Positions 9,255 to 19,431 of a DNA stretch of 64,000 nucleotides are shown here, in pieces. The position numbers were made by a program, and so were the translations under genes. The notes beneath the pieces were generated by a model. It did no database searches. It was not told the origin of the DNA and worked only from the letters and a program-made list of their open reading frames with translations. Within the stretch, counting starts at the first letter, position 1. Each line of letters begins with the position of its first letter. Origin of the DNA: Bacteroidota bacterium (GTDB lineage: Bacteria; Bacteroidota; Bacteroidia; Bacteroidales; UBA7960). The stretch is taken from contig JAGXRQ010000050.1 in assembly GCA_018335675.1 (NCBI GenBank), forward strand, positions 34,174-98,173. Reading direction: 5' to 3'.

Positions 9255-10997
9255 ATGGAAAAAAGATGGGTGGTAAAAAGTGTCAGCGATAGTAATATAG
9301 TTGGTAAGCTTACCCAGTCCTTAAACATCGACCCTATATTGGCCTGTTTACTTGAGCAAAGAGGAATTAATTCCTTTAGTGAAGCAAAAGATTTTTTCAG
9401 GCCTTCCTTAGACAGCTTACATGATCCTTTTCTAATTAAGGACATGGATAAAGCAATAAAAAGAATAGAAGAAGCTATCGCCAATGGCGAAAGAATTCTT
9501 ATATACGGGGACTATGATGTTGACGGGACTACAGCGGTAGCATTGGTTTATTCTTTCCTTAAAGAATTTCACGATAATCTTGAATTTTATATTCCGGATA
9601 GGGAAAAAGAAGGTTATGGCATTTCAAATGTTAGCATAGACTATGCTAAAGCAAGTAAAGTGTCTTTGATAATTTCACTCGACTGTGGAATTAAAGCCCA
9701 TAAACAGATTTCTTACGCCAAAGAGAAAGGCATAGACTTCATTGTTTGTGATCATCACAGACCCGGCATCTCTTTGCCTGATGCAGTTGCTATTGTAGAC
9801 CCAAAGCAACCCGAATGTAAGTATCCCTACGATGAACTTTCAGGATGCGGGCTTGGTTTTAAACTTGCACAGGCGTTTTATCATAAAAGAAATCTTCCTT
9901 TTGAACCTCTGGAAAAGCTTTTAGATCTTGTTGTAGTTAGTATAGCTGCCGATGTAGTTCCTATAACAGGCGAAAACAGAATTCTTGCATATTATGGCTT
10001 AAAAAGGCTCAACTTAAATCCCAGGCCGGGCTTTGAGTCTATTCTTTTTTACAGTAATGTTCTAAGAAAAAGCCAAACTGACGAGCAAACTGTTTTTGCA
10101 AAAGAAATAAATGTTACAGACCTTGTGTTTCTTATCGGGCCTCGAATTAATGCCGCAGGTAGAATCCATGAAGCTAAAAAAGCTGTAGAATTGCTGATTT
10201 GTGATGAAATGAAACAGACTCATGAGTTAAGCCATTCTATAAACGATAACAACCTTGAAAGAAGACATCTTGACAGCCAGATAACGCAAGAAGCCCTCAA
10301 GATGATAACTATGGACAGCAAGTTAAGGGCAAGCAAAAGTACCGTGCTTTATCATCCTGATTGGCACAAAGGAGTTATTGGCATTGTGGCTTCAAGGCTT
10401 ATGGAAACATATTACCGCCCAACAGTTATTCTTACAGAATCAAATGGCGTGATTACAGGCTCTGCAAGATCTGTAAAAGATTTCGATATCTATGATGCAA
10501 TTGATGCTTGTAGCGAATATTTAGATCATTTTGGAGGACATAAGTATGCGGCTGGCTTAAGTTTACAGCCCGGTAACTTTGATAAATTTCACCAAAAGTT
10601 TAAGGAATATGTCGATAATACTATAACTGAAGATATGCTTATCCCTGAAATAGAAATAGATGCAGAAGTTTCTATTACCCAGCTAAATGATAAGTTTTTT
10701 AGAGTGTTGAAGCAGTTTGAACCTTTTGGCCCCGGAAATACTAGTCCTGTGTTTTTAGCTACTAATCTTTATACAAAAGGAACTCCCAAAATTGTGGGAG
10801 AGAAACACCTTAAATTCAGCGTTATACAGCAGGGAAGCAGCAGAGAATTTGCAGTTATAGCATTTCAACAAGCCAAACATTATCAAATGGTTGCTTCAGG
10901 TAAACCATACGATATGGTTTTTTCTCTTGAAGAAAATAATTGGAATGGACAAACGTCTTTACAACTTAATGTTAAAGATTTGCGTTTTTCTATGTAA
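9255..10997 (+). CDS. recJ: Single-stranded-DNA-specific exonuclease RecJ
   Basis: GDYDVDGTTAVAL, the DHH motif (VCDHHRP), and GGH..AAG in the DHHA1 region. Confidence 0.92.
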   Translation: MEKRWVVKSVSDSNIVGKLTQSLNIDPILACLLEQRGINSFSEAKDFFRPSLDSLHDPFLIKDMDKAIKRIEEAIANGERILIYGDYDVDGTTAVALVYSFLKEFHDNLEFYIPDREKEGYGISNVSIDYAKASKVSLIISLDCGIKAHKQISYAKEKGIDFIVCDHHRPGISLPDAVAIVDPKQPECKYPYDELSGCGLGFKLAQAFYHKRNLPFEPLEKLLDLVVVSIAADVVPITGENRILAYYGLKRLNLNPRPGFESILFYSNVLRKSQTDEQTVFAKEINVTDLVFLIGPRINAAGRIHEAKKAVELLICDEMKQTHELSHSINDNNLERRHLDSQITQEALKMITMDSKLRASKSTVLYHPDWHKGVIGIVASRLMETYYRPTVILTESNGVITGSARSVKDFDIYDAIDACSEYLDHFGGHKYAAGLSLQPGNFDKFHQKFKEYVDNTITEDMLIPEIEIDAEVSITQLNDKFFRVLKQFEPFGPGNTSPVFLATNLYTKGTPKIVGEKHLKFSVIQQGSSREFAVIAFQQAKHYQMVASGKPYDMVFSLEENNWNGQTSLQLNVKDLRFSM

Positions 10998-11044
10998 TTG
11001 AATAATAAAGCATTATAAACATCCCCAAAAAGCAATATTATCTG

Positions 11045-12040
11045 ATGGAAACAGTATTAAGTGGAATTAGGTCGACAGGAAATCTCCACCTTGGAAACTA
11101 TTTTGGTGCTATCCGTAACTTCATAAGGATGCAACATGAACATAATTGTTATTTTTTTATAGCAGATTATCACTCGCTTACAACTCATCCAACACCTGAA
11201 AATTTGCACAACAATGTTAAGCAGGTGCTTGTTGAATATCTTGCAGCAGGGCTTGATCCTGAAATTGCAACCCTTTATGTTCAAAGTGATGTGCCGGAAG
11301 TGGCTGAATTGTATTTGCTGCTAAACATGAACGCATATATGGGAGAGCTTGAACGTTGCACAACGTTTAAAGATAAAGCCCGAAGCCAGCCAAACAATAT
11401 TAATGCAGGGCTTCTTACGTATCCTGTTTTAATGGCTGCAGATATTATTATTCATAAGGCAACCAAAGTGCCGGTAGGAAAAGATCAAGAGCAGCATCTG
11501 GAAATGGCTAGAACATTTGCTAATAGATTTAACCGACTTTATAATGTTAATTATTTTATTGAGCCGGTAGCCTACAATTTTGGTGATGATTTAATAAAAA
11601 TTCCAGGACTCGACGGTAGTACAAAAATGGGGAAATCTGAAAGTGAAGGGAATGCAGTGTTTCTAGCCGATGAACCCGAGGTTATAAGGAAAAAGGTGAT
11701 GAGAGCAGTTTCTGATGCTGGACCCCAAACGCCTAATCAACCCAAAGCCCAATCCATTGAGAATCTGTTCAATATAATGAAAGTTGTATCAACAAAAGAT
11801 ACTATTAAGCACTTTGAAGATGCTTATAACAATTGCACAATTAGATATGGTGATATGAAAAAGCAACTTGCCGAAGATATAATTGCTTTTACAACGCCCT
11901 TAAGGGAGAAAATATTGGAGTTCGCCTCTGACAACGAATATTTGAAAAAAGTAGCAAAAATGGGTGCAGAAAAAGCCAGAGAAAGCGCTTCAAAAACTGT
12001 TAGGGAGGTTAGAGAAATTATAGGTTTTAAACCTTTTTAA
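11045..12040 (+). CDS. trpS: Tryptophan--tRNA ligase
   Basis: SGIRSTGNLHLGNYFGA (HIGH-type), GKDQEQHLE, and KMGKSES (KMSKS-type). Confidence 0.95.
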   Translation: METVLSGIRSTGNLHLGNYFGAIRNFIRMQHEHNCYFFIADYHSLTTHPTPENLHNNVKQVLVEYLAAGLDPEIATLYVQSDVPEVAELYLLLNMNAYMGELERCTTFKDKARSQPNNINAGLLTYPVLMAADIIIHKATKVPVGKDQEQHLEMARTFANRFNRLYNVNYFIEPVAYNFGDDLIKIPGLDGSTKMGKSESEGNAVFLADEPEVIRKKVMRAVSDAGPQTPNQPKAQSIENLFNIMKVVSTKDTIKHFEDAYNNCTIRYGDMKKQLAEDIIAFTTPLREKILEFASDNEYLKKVAKMGAEKARESASKTVREVREIIGFKPF

Positions 12041-12074
12041 TCGACTCATTTATTAAACATTAAAACAAAGAACT

Positions 12075-12410
12075 ATGAAACCATTGAAAAATATTACAGG
12101 ATTTTCTTCATGGTTAATGAGAATTGCCCTGATATTAGTGATGTTTGTGTTTTTTATCCCATTGTTTATGGATTTTAAACTTAACACTCTTGACTTTTAC
12201 ATTGCTTCGGCTTTTATTGTTTTTAGTGTTCTTCTTTTTGCTGGAGGCTTCTTTAGCACGCCTCTTACTGTAGTTTCCGCACTCATTTTATTCGGATTAT
12301 CTGTTTTTAAAACAGTTATTGTTTTTAATGGAAAGCTTAATGGTGAATTTGCAACATGGCTATTAATAGCAACTGTATGTTCATATTTTATTACACACGG
12401 AAACAAATAA
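12075..12410 (+). CDS. Small integral membrane protein, function unknown
   Basis: 111 aa with about four hydrophobic helices. Fills the trpS-hflX gap on the same strand. No family recognised. Confidence 0.5.
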   Translation: MKPLKNITGFSSWLMRIALILVMFVFFIPLFMDFKLNTLDFYIASAFIVFSVLLFAGGFFSTPLTVVSALILFGLSVFKTVIVFNGKLNGEFATWLLIATVCSYFITHGNK

Positions 12411-12423
12411 TCTGAAAATATTA

Positions 12424-13617
12424 ATGCCAGAACTTATAGACACTTCCATAAAACAAGAAAAAGCCGTATTAGTAGGAATTATTAGCGGCAGAGACGATGA
12501 GACTTTAATCTCAGAGTATCTGGATGAGCTTGCCTTCCTTGTTGATACTGCCGGTGGTCTCTGCATGAAAAGGTTTACTCAAAAGCTTGATAAACCGGAA
12601 CCTTCAACTTATATTGGGAAAGGCAAGTTAGAGGAAATCAGAGATTATGTTAGTGATAATAAAATAGACCTTGTTGTGTTTGACGATGATCTTTCATTAT
12701 CTCAACTCAGAAACATTGAAAAATCTCTTAAATGTCGTGTAATAGATAGAAGTAATCTAATTCTCGATATTTTTGCTCTAAGAGCAAGAACTGCACATGC
12801 CAGAGTGCAGGTTGAACTTGCTCAATATCAGTACTTATTGCCTCGATTGGCAGGGATGTGGACTCACCTTGAAAGACAAAAAGGGGGTATAGGGCTCAAG
12901 GGTCCGGGTGAAAAAGAAATTGAAACTGATAGAAGGATAGTGAGAGATAAAATAGCCCTTCTAAAAAAGAAATTATCTCAAATAGATAAACAGAAAGCTA
13001 CACAAAGATCAAATAGAGGAAGCCTTGTTAGGGTTGCTCTTGTCGGCTATACCAATGTTGGTAAATCTACAATAATGAATCTTTTAAGTAAATCTGATGT
13101 TTTTGCTGAAGATAAGCTTTTTGCAACTCTTGATACAACCGTTAGAAAAGTTGTTGTTGGAAACTTGCCTTTTTTACTGTCTGATACTGTTGGGTTTATT
13201 AGAAAGTTGCCTCATCATCTTATTGAATCTTTTAAATCAACCCTTGATGAAGTTAGAGAAGCAGACATACTAGTGCATGTTGCAGATATATCTCATCCCG
13301 GCTTTGAAGATCAAATAAAGGTTGTTAATCAAACTCTTACTGAAATTATTGGTGAAGAAAAGCAAACCATTATGGTTTTTAATAAAATTGACAAATATTC
13401 TTTTATTAAAAAGGATGAAGACGATTTAACACCTGTCGATAAATCTAACTATAGTCTTGAAGATATGAAGAGAACATGGATGGGTAGAGTTAATTCTCCA
13501 TGTATTTTTATCTCAGCAAAAAAGAAAGAAAACATTGAGAGTTTCAGAAAAATGTTGTACGATAAAATTGTTGAAATTCATAAAATCAGGTATCCTTACG
13601 ACAACTTTTTATATTAA
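12424..13617 (+). CDS. hflX: GTPase HflX
   Basis: HflX N-domain (LDELA.L..TAG), LAQ.QY.LPRL, and G1 motif GYTNVGKST followed by DTVGF. Confidence 0.92.
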   Translation: MPELIDTSIKQEKAVLVGIISGRDDETLISEYLDELAFLVDTAGGLCMKRFTQKLDKPEPSTYIGKGKLEEIRDYVSDNKIDLVVFDDDLSLSQLRNIEKSLKCRVIDRSNLILDIFALRARTAHARVQVELAQYQYLLPRLAGMWTHLERQKGGIGLKGPGEKEIETDRRIVRDKIALLKKKLSQIDKQKATQRSNRGSLVRVALVGYTNVGKSTIMNLLSKSDVFAEDKLFATLDTTVRKVVVGNLPFLLSDTVGFIRKLPHHLIESFKSTLDEVREADILVHVADISHPGFEDQIKVVNQTLTEIIGEEKQTIMVFNKIDKYSFIKKDEDDLTPVDKSNYSLEDMKRTWMGRVNSPCIFISAKKKENIESFRKMLYDKIVEIHKIRYPYDNFLY

Positions 13618-13620
13618 CAA

Positions 13621-14523
13621 ATGCAGACACTTATTTTCCATATCGCTTTTGGATTTTTGTATTTGCTGTCTTTATTGCCTTTTTGGCTATTATACACCTT
13701 GTCATCTTTCATAAGATTTGTTTTATTTGGAATTTTTAAATACAGAAGAAATGTTATAGTTTCAAACCTTAACCTAGCATTTCCTGACAAAACCGAATTA
13801 GAAAAGACCAAAATTAGAAAATCGTTTGAACAGCATTTTTGTGATGTTTTTATAGAATCTCTTAAGCTGTTGAGTATTTCAGAAAGAAACATTAAAAGAA
13901 GGATGATTTTTGATGAAGAATCGGCAGAATTGATAGAAAAGTATTTCAATAGTGGAAAGATGGTTTTGGTTGTTTTAGGTCATTATGGCAATTGGGAATA
14001 TATGGGGCCCGGATTTAAATTATGGAGAAGTAAGCCTCTTTTAAGCTCATATAGACCATTAAGCGGAAGAGTTGCTGATATGATACTTAAAAAATCACGA
14101 GATAGGTTTAAAACCATTATGGTGCCAATGAAATCACTTACCCGCGAATTACTCAGAAGAAAAGAGGATGTTTGTGGTGTTTTATTACTGGCAGACCAAA
14201 GTCCGGCAATTAATAGCCAGCATTACTGGATTAAATTCTTTAATCATGATACTCCTGTTTTTCAAGGAGCCGAAATAATAGCACGAAAATTGAACACACC
14301 TGTAGTTTTTCTGAATATTAGCAAAGAAAAACGAGGATTCTATAAAGCCTATTTGAGCCTAATAACAGATAATCCTTCAGACTTAAAAGAAGGAGAAATA
14401 ACCTTTAGGCACACAAAAATGCTGGAAAATGACATTATGAGAGAACCGGCATATTGGCTATGGTCACACAGAAGATGGAAACATAATGACAAAAGGGGTG
14501 ATAGTCCGTTGTTATTTTTTTGA
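13621..14523 (+). CDS. Lipid A late acyltransferase family protein (LpxL/HtrB-like)
   Basis: ~300 aa with an N-terminal membrane anchor and the GHYGNWE catalytic-region motif typical of lauroyl/myristoyl acyltransferases. Confidence 0.75.
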   Translation: MQTLIFHIAFGFLYLLSLLPFWLLYTLSSFIRFVLFGIFKYRRNVIVSNLNLAFPDKTELEKTKIRKSFEQHFCDVFIESLKLLSISERNIKRRMIFDEESAELIEKYFNSGKMVLVVLGHYGNWEYMGPGFKLWRSKPLLSSYRPLSGRVADMILKKSRDRFKTIMVPMKSLTRELLRRKEDVCGVLLLADQSPAINSQHYWIKFFNHDTPVFQGAEIIARKLNTPVVFLNISKEKRGFYKAYLSLITDNPSDLKEGEITFRHTKMLENDIMREPAYWLWSHRRWKHNDKRGDSPLLFF

Positions 14524-15624
14524 AAAACTAAAACGTTCTCCTAAAGCAAATTCAACTATTTTGCCGTTTTCGTCTCTCTCTTTCTGAACAGTTAATGGAT
14601 TGCCTGTAATATTACTAATTCTGGCCAAACCTGCGCCTGCAAAATCCCAAAAAGACATTTTGTTTCTATTTAGTCCGGCAGATACATCAATATTAGTTGC
14701 ACTTTGAATAGTATTTACAGCAAATTGAGAAAGAGATCTTGAAGAAGTGTCTTCGGAGTAGGCCATTGAGTTGTTGTCACCCTCACTTATAATTCGATTA
14801 TTATCATAAGAAGTGCCGAATATTGATGAGGAAGATGCTGCCAAGTTAGTTTGCTGTTTTTGATAGCTTAGAGAGATGTCTTTTTCAACACTAATGTTTG
14901 ACGCTAACAAGGGTTTAGGACTTACCAAAATCTCTGGATTTTCAGAAGTAAGAGGAGTTGTAGTATTGTTTTTTATTGAACTTTTTTCCTCCATAAGTGA
15001 AGGTTTTACATTGTCAGTTTCGGCTATCTGCGATTCTTTAACTTCTTCTTGTAAGTTTTTTGGTGTTTCAATAATATGGCTTTCTTCAATTGCTAATTCA
15101 ATATCTGATTTTTGCTTAGGAAGCATAAAGAATAGCCCAACCATTATAAAAATAACGGCAGCAGCCGAAGCATAAGACCAAAGTTGTTTTGTAATAATAA
15201 TAGGTGATGTAACAAAACGTTTTAGAATTTGTGGTTTTTCGAATATTATGTCGTTGTCAGGTAGTAGGACTGTTTTTTTATAAAGCTCAAAATCTTTGTT
15301 TTTTTCGGGATTTTTTCCCAAAAACTTTTTTAGAGCGTCCTCTTCTTCAACGGAAAGATCTTTTTCAATGTCGGCAATACAAAACCAATCAAAGTTATTT
15401 TCGTTGATTGGGAGACTAGTATCAGGAACTTTAAGAGCAGCTTTGTTGTTAAAAGAAAGGTTGTCGGCATCTTTTAATTCAACTATTTCAAATCTATCAA
15501 ATTCTTCTTGCAGGTCAGCATTTTCTTTTAAAAACGACAAAAGAGATTCAACCTGCTCTTTCGGCAAGTTGCCCTCAAAATAGTCGAGGAAAAAGATTTC
15601 GTAATTTGACCTGTTAATTTTCAT
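14512..15624 (-). CDS. Single-pass membrane protein, putative anti-sigma factor partner of the upstream ECF sigma
   Basis: Starts 4 nt after the sigma gene stop. Has an acidic cytoplasmic N-domain, one TM helix (AAAVIFIMVGLFFML) and a Ser/Asn-rich C-terminal part. No zinc anti-sigma motif seen. Confidence 0.5.
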   Translation of the reverse strand: MKINRSNYEIFFLDYFEGNLPKEQVESLLSFLKENADLQEEFDRFEIVELKDADNLSFNNKAALKVPDTSLPINENNFDWFCIADIEKDLSVEEEDALKKFLGKNPEKNKDFELYKKTVLLPDNDIIFEKPQILKRFVTSPIIITKQLWSYASAAAVIFIMVGLFFMLPKQKSDIELAIEESHIIETPKNLQEEVKESQIAETDNVKPSLMEEKSSIKNNTTTPLTSENPEILVSPKPLLASNISVEKDISLSYQKQQTNLAASSSSIFGTSYDNNRIISEGDNNSMAYSEDTSSRSLSQFAVNTIQSATNIDVSAGLNRNKMSFWDFAGAGLARISNITGNPLTVQKERDENGKIVEFALGERFSFSKK

Positions 15625-15628
15625 TTCT

Positions 15629-16114
15629 TTATATTACTTTATCAAGGCTTCCTATATAGTTTTTTAAAAAATTTCTTGCTCTGTATATATAAACTTTAAC
15701 TTGCGACTCATTCAATCCTGTTATTTCTCCTATTTCCTGATAAGAATACCCTTCATAATCTCTCAACAATATTACATTTCTTTGAATCTCAGGCAAATTT
15801 GCAACAGCTTCGTCAAGAATCTCTTTTAACCCGGAGTATTCGCTTGTGTGCGAATGTATATTAAAAGCTGCCTCCGTTAATTCAGTCTGCCGGCTGTACT
15901 TCCTTATGTCGTCTATCATGGTGTGGTATGCTGTTGTAAATAAATAAGATTTTGCTTTTTCAAAACTTATATCAGCATGCTTAATCCACATTTTTTCAAA
16001 ACTATCCTGTACAACATCTCTAGCTCTGTCTTCATCAGATATATTTTTCCGAATGAAGCGAAAAACGCCATCAGCATAAGTATCCACACATTGATTAAAC
16101 TCAGAAGCTGTCAT
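15629..16114 (-). CDS. RNA polymerase sigma-70 factor, ECF subfamily
   Basis: 161 aa. Region 2 (ARDVVQDSFEKMW) and region 4 HTH (YSYQEIGEITGLNESQVKVYIYRARNFLK). Confidence 0.85.
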   Translation of the reverse strand: MTASEFNQCVDTYADGVFRFIRKNISDEDRARDVVQDSFEKMWIKHADISFEKAKSYLFTTAYHTMIDDIRKYSRQTELTEAAFNIHSHTSEYSGLKEILDEAVANLPEIQRNVILLRDYEGYSYQEIGEITGLNESQVKVYIYRARNFLKNYIGSLDKVI

Positions 16115-16222
16115 TTCATGTTGTTTTTGCCCGCTTTCTGTGTATGAGACGGTTTAAGTATCCGTAAAGTTACAGAAGTTACAAAAAAAAATCAAGTATT
16201 TTATTCTTTGCCCTATTTCACT

Positions 16223-16230
16223 TACTTTTG
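16223..16230 (+). promoter_or_regulatory. -7 box TACTTTTG upstream of tRNA-Arg
   Basis: Exact TAnnTTTG match ending 6 nt before the tRNA 5' end. Confidence 0.45.
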
Positions 16231-16236
16231 CAATAT

Positions 16237-16310
16237 GGCTCCGTAGTTCAATTGGATAGAATAGCAGATTCCGGTTCTGTCGGTTGGGGGTTCGAGTCCC
16301 TTCGGAGTCA
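16237..16310 (+). tRNA. tRNA-Arg (anticodon CCG)
   Basis: Folded by hand into a 74-nt cloverleaf: acceptor GGCTCCG/CGGAGTC, D arm GTTC..GAAT, anticodon stem GCAGA/TCTGT with loop TTCCGGT, T loop TTCGAGT, discriminator A. No encoded CCA. Confidence 0.9.
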
Positions 16311-16311
16311 C

Positions 16312-16344
16312 AAAAAAAAAGAGGCTTTAAAGCCTCTTTTTTTT
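16312..16344. terminator. Bidirectional rho-independent terminator
   Basis: A9-GAGGCT-TTAA-AGCCTC-T8 lies between the tRNA (+) and the convergent lipoprotein gene (-). Confidence 0.75.
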
Positions 16345-17374
16345 ATTTAACAAACTCCAGACTATATATTATTGACTGAAGTTGTCTCATGAAGTTTCTT
16401 TTGCCTTTATTTGGGTAATAAACGAAAGCATCGAGATAAAGTAAAAACTTACCGTTGTCTTCTGCAATTGTATATCCAATAAATGGCCCCCCCATATGAT
16501 CGCCCTGAGTTCTCCATAAACCACTTGTTTCCACAGCATATTTGCCATTGAAATTTATTTCTTTGGAGATTGGTGGGATATTTACATCATCTTTTCGGGT
16601 GCTATTATATGTTGTCATAAAAGAGCCTTCTAATTGACCAGGAATATGAAGCTTAGTTAGAGAATCTCTTCTTGTCCAAATAGTGTTGGGATTAAAGTCG
16701 AAATCAGCATCTCTGTAAGGAAGTATGCTAACCAAAATGCTCATTTCAAGGTCTTCTATTGTTCCAGTACGTCTAATCCACATAAAATTCTCGGTTTTTT
16801 TGGCAATATAAAAACCTTGAGGAATAACCATTTTAATGCCAAAATCCTTCTCCAAAGCCATCATAACCTCCATGTTTTGCATTAGCTTGTTGGCGTTTAT
16901 ATTTCTTTCATATTCTGCCTTCAAATAATAATCAATAAATGTCTGAGCGTTTGCAATAATTGTTCTGTTAAAAGTTTCGACAGCGGGAGCAATTACTTTT
17001 ATTACAATTTGAGGATGTGACCAAACATTTTTACCTATTTCAATTTTAGCTTTTTCTTCATTAGGATTAATTTCAGCAATAAATATATGCCTATGGCTTT
17101 CAAATATTTTTGTAAAAGCTTTTTCTTCGATTTGAATGATATTAAATAATGGTTCAGCTTGAGGAAACATAGGTATATTGGCTGCAAATACAGACTTAAA
17201 GCCTTCTCCGGCTTCACCTTTCCAATTATTGCTGTCCATAATCAATAATAGTTCACCTGCTTTGCCTGATGCTGAGGGCTGCTTTGGGCTTTCTCCGGTT
17301 TTACAAGAAGCCAGAAACGCAAATAGAATTAATATTGCAATTTTCTTCATATTAAATGGGTTTTTAGAATTCAT
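16343..17374 (-). CDS. Uncharacterised lipoprotein (possibly the DUF4837 family; family assignment from memory only)
   Basis: Signal peptide plus lipobox (LFAFLASC). 343 aa with no catalytic motif recognised. Confidence 0.55.
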   Translation of the reverse strand: MNSKNPFNMKKIAILILFAFLASCKTGESPKQPSASGKAGELLLIMDSNNWKGEAGEGFKSVFAANIPMFPQAEPLFNIIQIEEKAFTKIFESHRHIFIAEINPNEEKAKIEIGKNVWSHPQIVIKVIAPAVETFNRTIIANAQTFIDYYLKAEYERNINANKLMQNMEVMMALEKDFGIKMVIPQGFYIAKKTENFMWIRRTGTIEDLEMSILVSILPYRDADFDFNPNTIWTRRDSLTKLHIPGQLEGSFMTTYNSTRKDDVNIPPISKEINFNGKYAVETSGLWRTQGDHMGGPFIGYTIAEDNGKFLLYLDAFVYYPNKGKRNFMRQLQSIIYSLEFVK

Positions 17375-17376
17375 AA

Positions 17377-19080
17377 CTAGGGAAGGAGAATTTTCAAAGT
17401 TTGCCCTTCCAATAATTCTTCAGTGTCTTCAATATCATTTAATTCGATAATATCTTCAACTGTAATGTTTTCATAACGGCTAGCTATATCTAACAAAGTG
17501 TCTCCTTGTTTAACGATATAAAGGAAATAATTATTTTCTTCATCAAGCATTTCGTCAGAATCTTCTTCTTCAATAATATCATCAAAAACAATTTCAACAT
17601 CTGAATCTTGTATTTCAGCATTCTTAACCTTTGATGTAGAAGCAACTGCTGCTCGTCTAACAATAAGATTTTGACCTGGGTGTATCATATTTCCTGTAAG
17701 ATTGTTCCAATCTTTAAGATCACTAATGCTTACTTTGTACTTGCTTGCTACTATACCAAGGCTTTCTCCACTTTTAACAATGTGAACATTGTTGTCTGTA
17801 TTTATATTTGGTAGAGAAAGAGGATTTGGGGCTTTTACTATAAGTTTCTGTCCTGTTCTGATTGTGGTGCCCTTGAGGTTGTTTAATTGTTGAATTTCTC
17901 TTACCGATGTTCCGTATTTTCTTGCTATTGAGCCTAATACCTCACCACTTCTTACAACATGAATAGTTGTTTCAGAAGATTTTGCAACCATTTCTTCATG
18001 GCGCAATTGCTCTGTAGATTTATGATTATATATTTTTTCTTCGTTCGTTAGAAAAACGCCGGTATAATCTTTTGGGATTCTTAAAATATATGCTTCTTTG
18101 TTGTTTTGTGGAATTAACCCTTTTCTAAAAGCCGGGTTAAGATACCTTAGATGGTCGTAGGGAACACCAACTATTTCGCTAACTGCTTTAAAACTAAGCA
18201 TATGCTTAACATGAATTGTGTCAATATCGTGGTAGGAATAAGGTGCAGGAATAGGATAAAGATTGTGCTCGTCTGAAAACTCCATTACATAAGCAACAGC
18301 AATAAAGGCAGGCACGTAATTTCTAGTTTCCCTTGGAAGATATGAGCTTATAGCCCAAAAATCTTTAACTCCTCCGGCTCTTCTAATGGCGCGGTTAACA
18401 TTTCCCGGACCTGCATTATAAGCGGCTAAAGCTAAAAACCAATCTCCATAAATATTATAAAGGTCTCTAAAATGTCTGCAAGCAGCAACTGTGGCTTTTT
18501 GAACATCTGCTCTATCGTCGACAAGGCTGTTCACCTGTAATCCATACATGCGACCGGTTCCTAGCATAAACTGCCATATTCCTGTAGCGCCGGCGCGAGA
18601 TCTTGCCACTGGATTCAAAGCCGACTCTATAACGGCAATATATTTTAATTCTAATGGAAGATCATATTTGTCGAGTTGTTCTTCAAAATAAGGGAAATGC
18701 AATTCAGATAAGCCTAAAACTCTCTCAGTAAGTTCTCTTCTGTTTTTTGCATAGAGATTTATAAAAGATTTTACCCTGTAATTATATGTGAATTTCATTG
18801 GGGTTCTTTGGTTTATTTCCTCTATTCTGGCTTTATAAATACTGTCGCTATACTCTGGGATGAAGTCTTTAGGAAATTGCGTGGAAGCTATTCTGTTATT
18901 TTTATAATCAGGAAAATTTTTTGCTCTTAAAAGAGCAGCAAGGCTATCTAGAGATCTTACAGCAGGATTTTCGGGCTCAATTATTATTTCTGTAGAATCT
19001 TGTGTCTCTTGCGATACAGAAACGTTTGTGCAAAATGTTGATATTAAAAATAGTATGATAAATATGAAATATTTTGACAT
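17377..19080 (-). CDS. Lytic murein transglycosylase (MltD-like) with three C-terminal LysM repeats
   Basis: SLT motif AVIESALNP.A.S.AGA.G.WQFM plus AAYNAGPGNV. Three LysM units (H.V..GE.LG.IA.KY..S...). Signal peptide present. Confidence 0.88.
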   Translation of the reverse strand: MSKYFIFIILFLISTFCTNVSVSQETQDSTEIIIEPENPAVRSLDSLAALLRAKNFPDYKNNRIASTQFPKDFIPEYSDSIYKARIEEINQRTPMKFTYNYRVKSFINLYAKNRRELTERVLGLSELHFPYFEEQLDKYDLPLELKYIAVIESALNPVARSRAGATGIWQFMLGTGRMYGLQVNSLVDDRADVQKATVAACRHFRDLYNIYGDWFLALAAYNAGPGNVNRAIRRAGGVKDFWAISSYLPRETRNYVPAFIAVAYVMEFSDEHNLYPIPAPYSYHDIDTIHVKHMLSFKAVSEIVGVPYDHLRYLNPAFRKGLIPQNNKEAYILRIPKDYTGVFLTNEEKIYNHKSTEQLRHEEMVAKSSETTIHVVRSGEVLGSIARKYGTSVREIQQLNNLKGTTIRTGQKLIVKAPNPLSLPNINTDNNVHIVKSGESLGIVASKYKVSISDLKDWNNLTGNMIHPGQNLIVRRAAVASTSKVKNAEIQDSDVEIVFDDIIEEEDSDEMLDEENNYFLYIVKQGDTLLDIASRYENITVEDIIELNDIEDTEELLEGQTLKILLP

Positions 19081-19154
19081 AGTTAAATTATATTATTTAG
19101 TGAATGAAAATAGCGAAAGGATTAATTAATGAAATTACAAAGACAGAAAATCAG

Positions 19155-19349
19155 TTAGTCTTTGCTTTGTTCTTTTTTGTTGTCTTTGTCTTCGTCTTCT
19201 TTTTGGGCATCTTTAAATTCTTTTACGCCCTTGCCAAGTCCTCGCATTAGTTCGGGTATTTTTTTCCCACCAAATAAAAGAAGAATTATAACAGCTATAA
19301 TAACTATTTCCCAAGGTCCCGGTGCCCACAATAATATTGATGCAATCAT
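19155..19349 (-). CDS. tatA: Twin-arginine translocase subunit TatA/E
   Basis: 64 aa with one TM helix followed by [21 protein letters not shown]. Confidence 0.88.
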   Translation of the reverse strand: MIASILLWAPGPWEIVIIAVIILLLFGGKKIPELMRGLGKGVKEFKDAQKEDEDKDNKKEQSKD

Positions 19350-19431
19350 GATAGTATGTTTTATGTTTGTTTTCTGAAATATATAAATTAATACGTTTTT
19401 TTAATGAAAAAGTTATTGAGATTCTATGAAA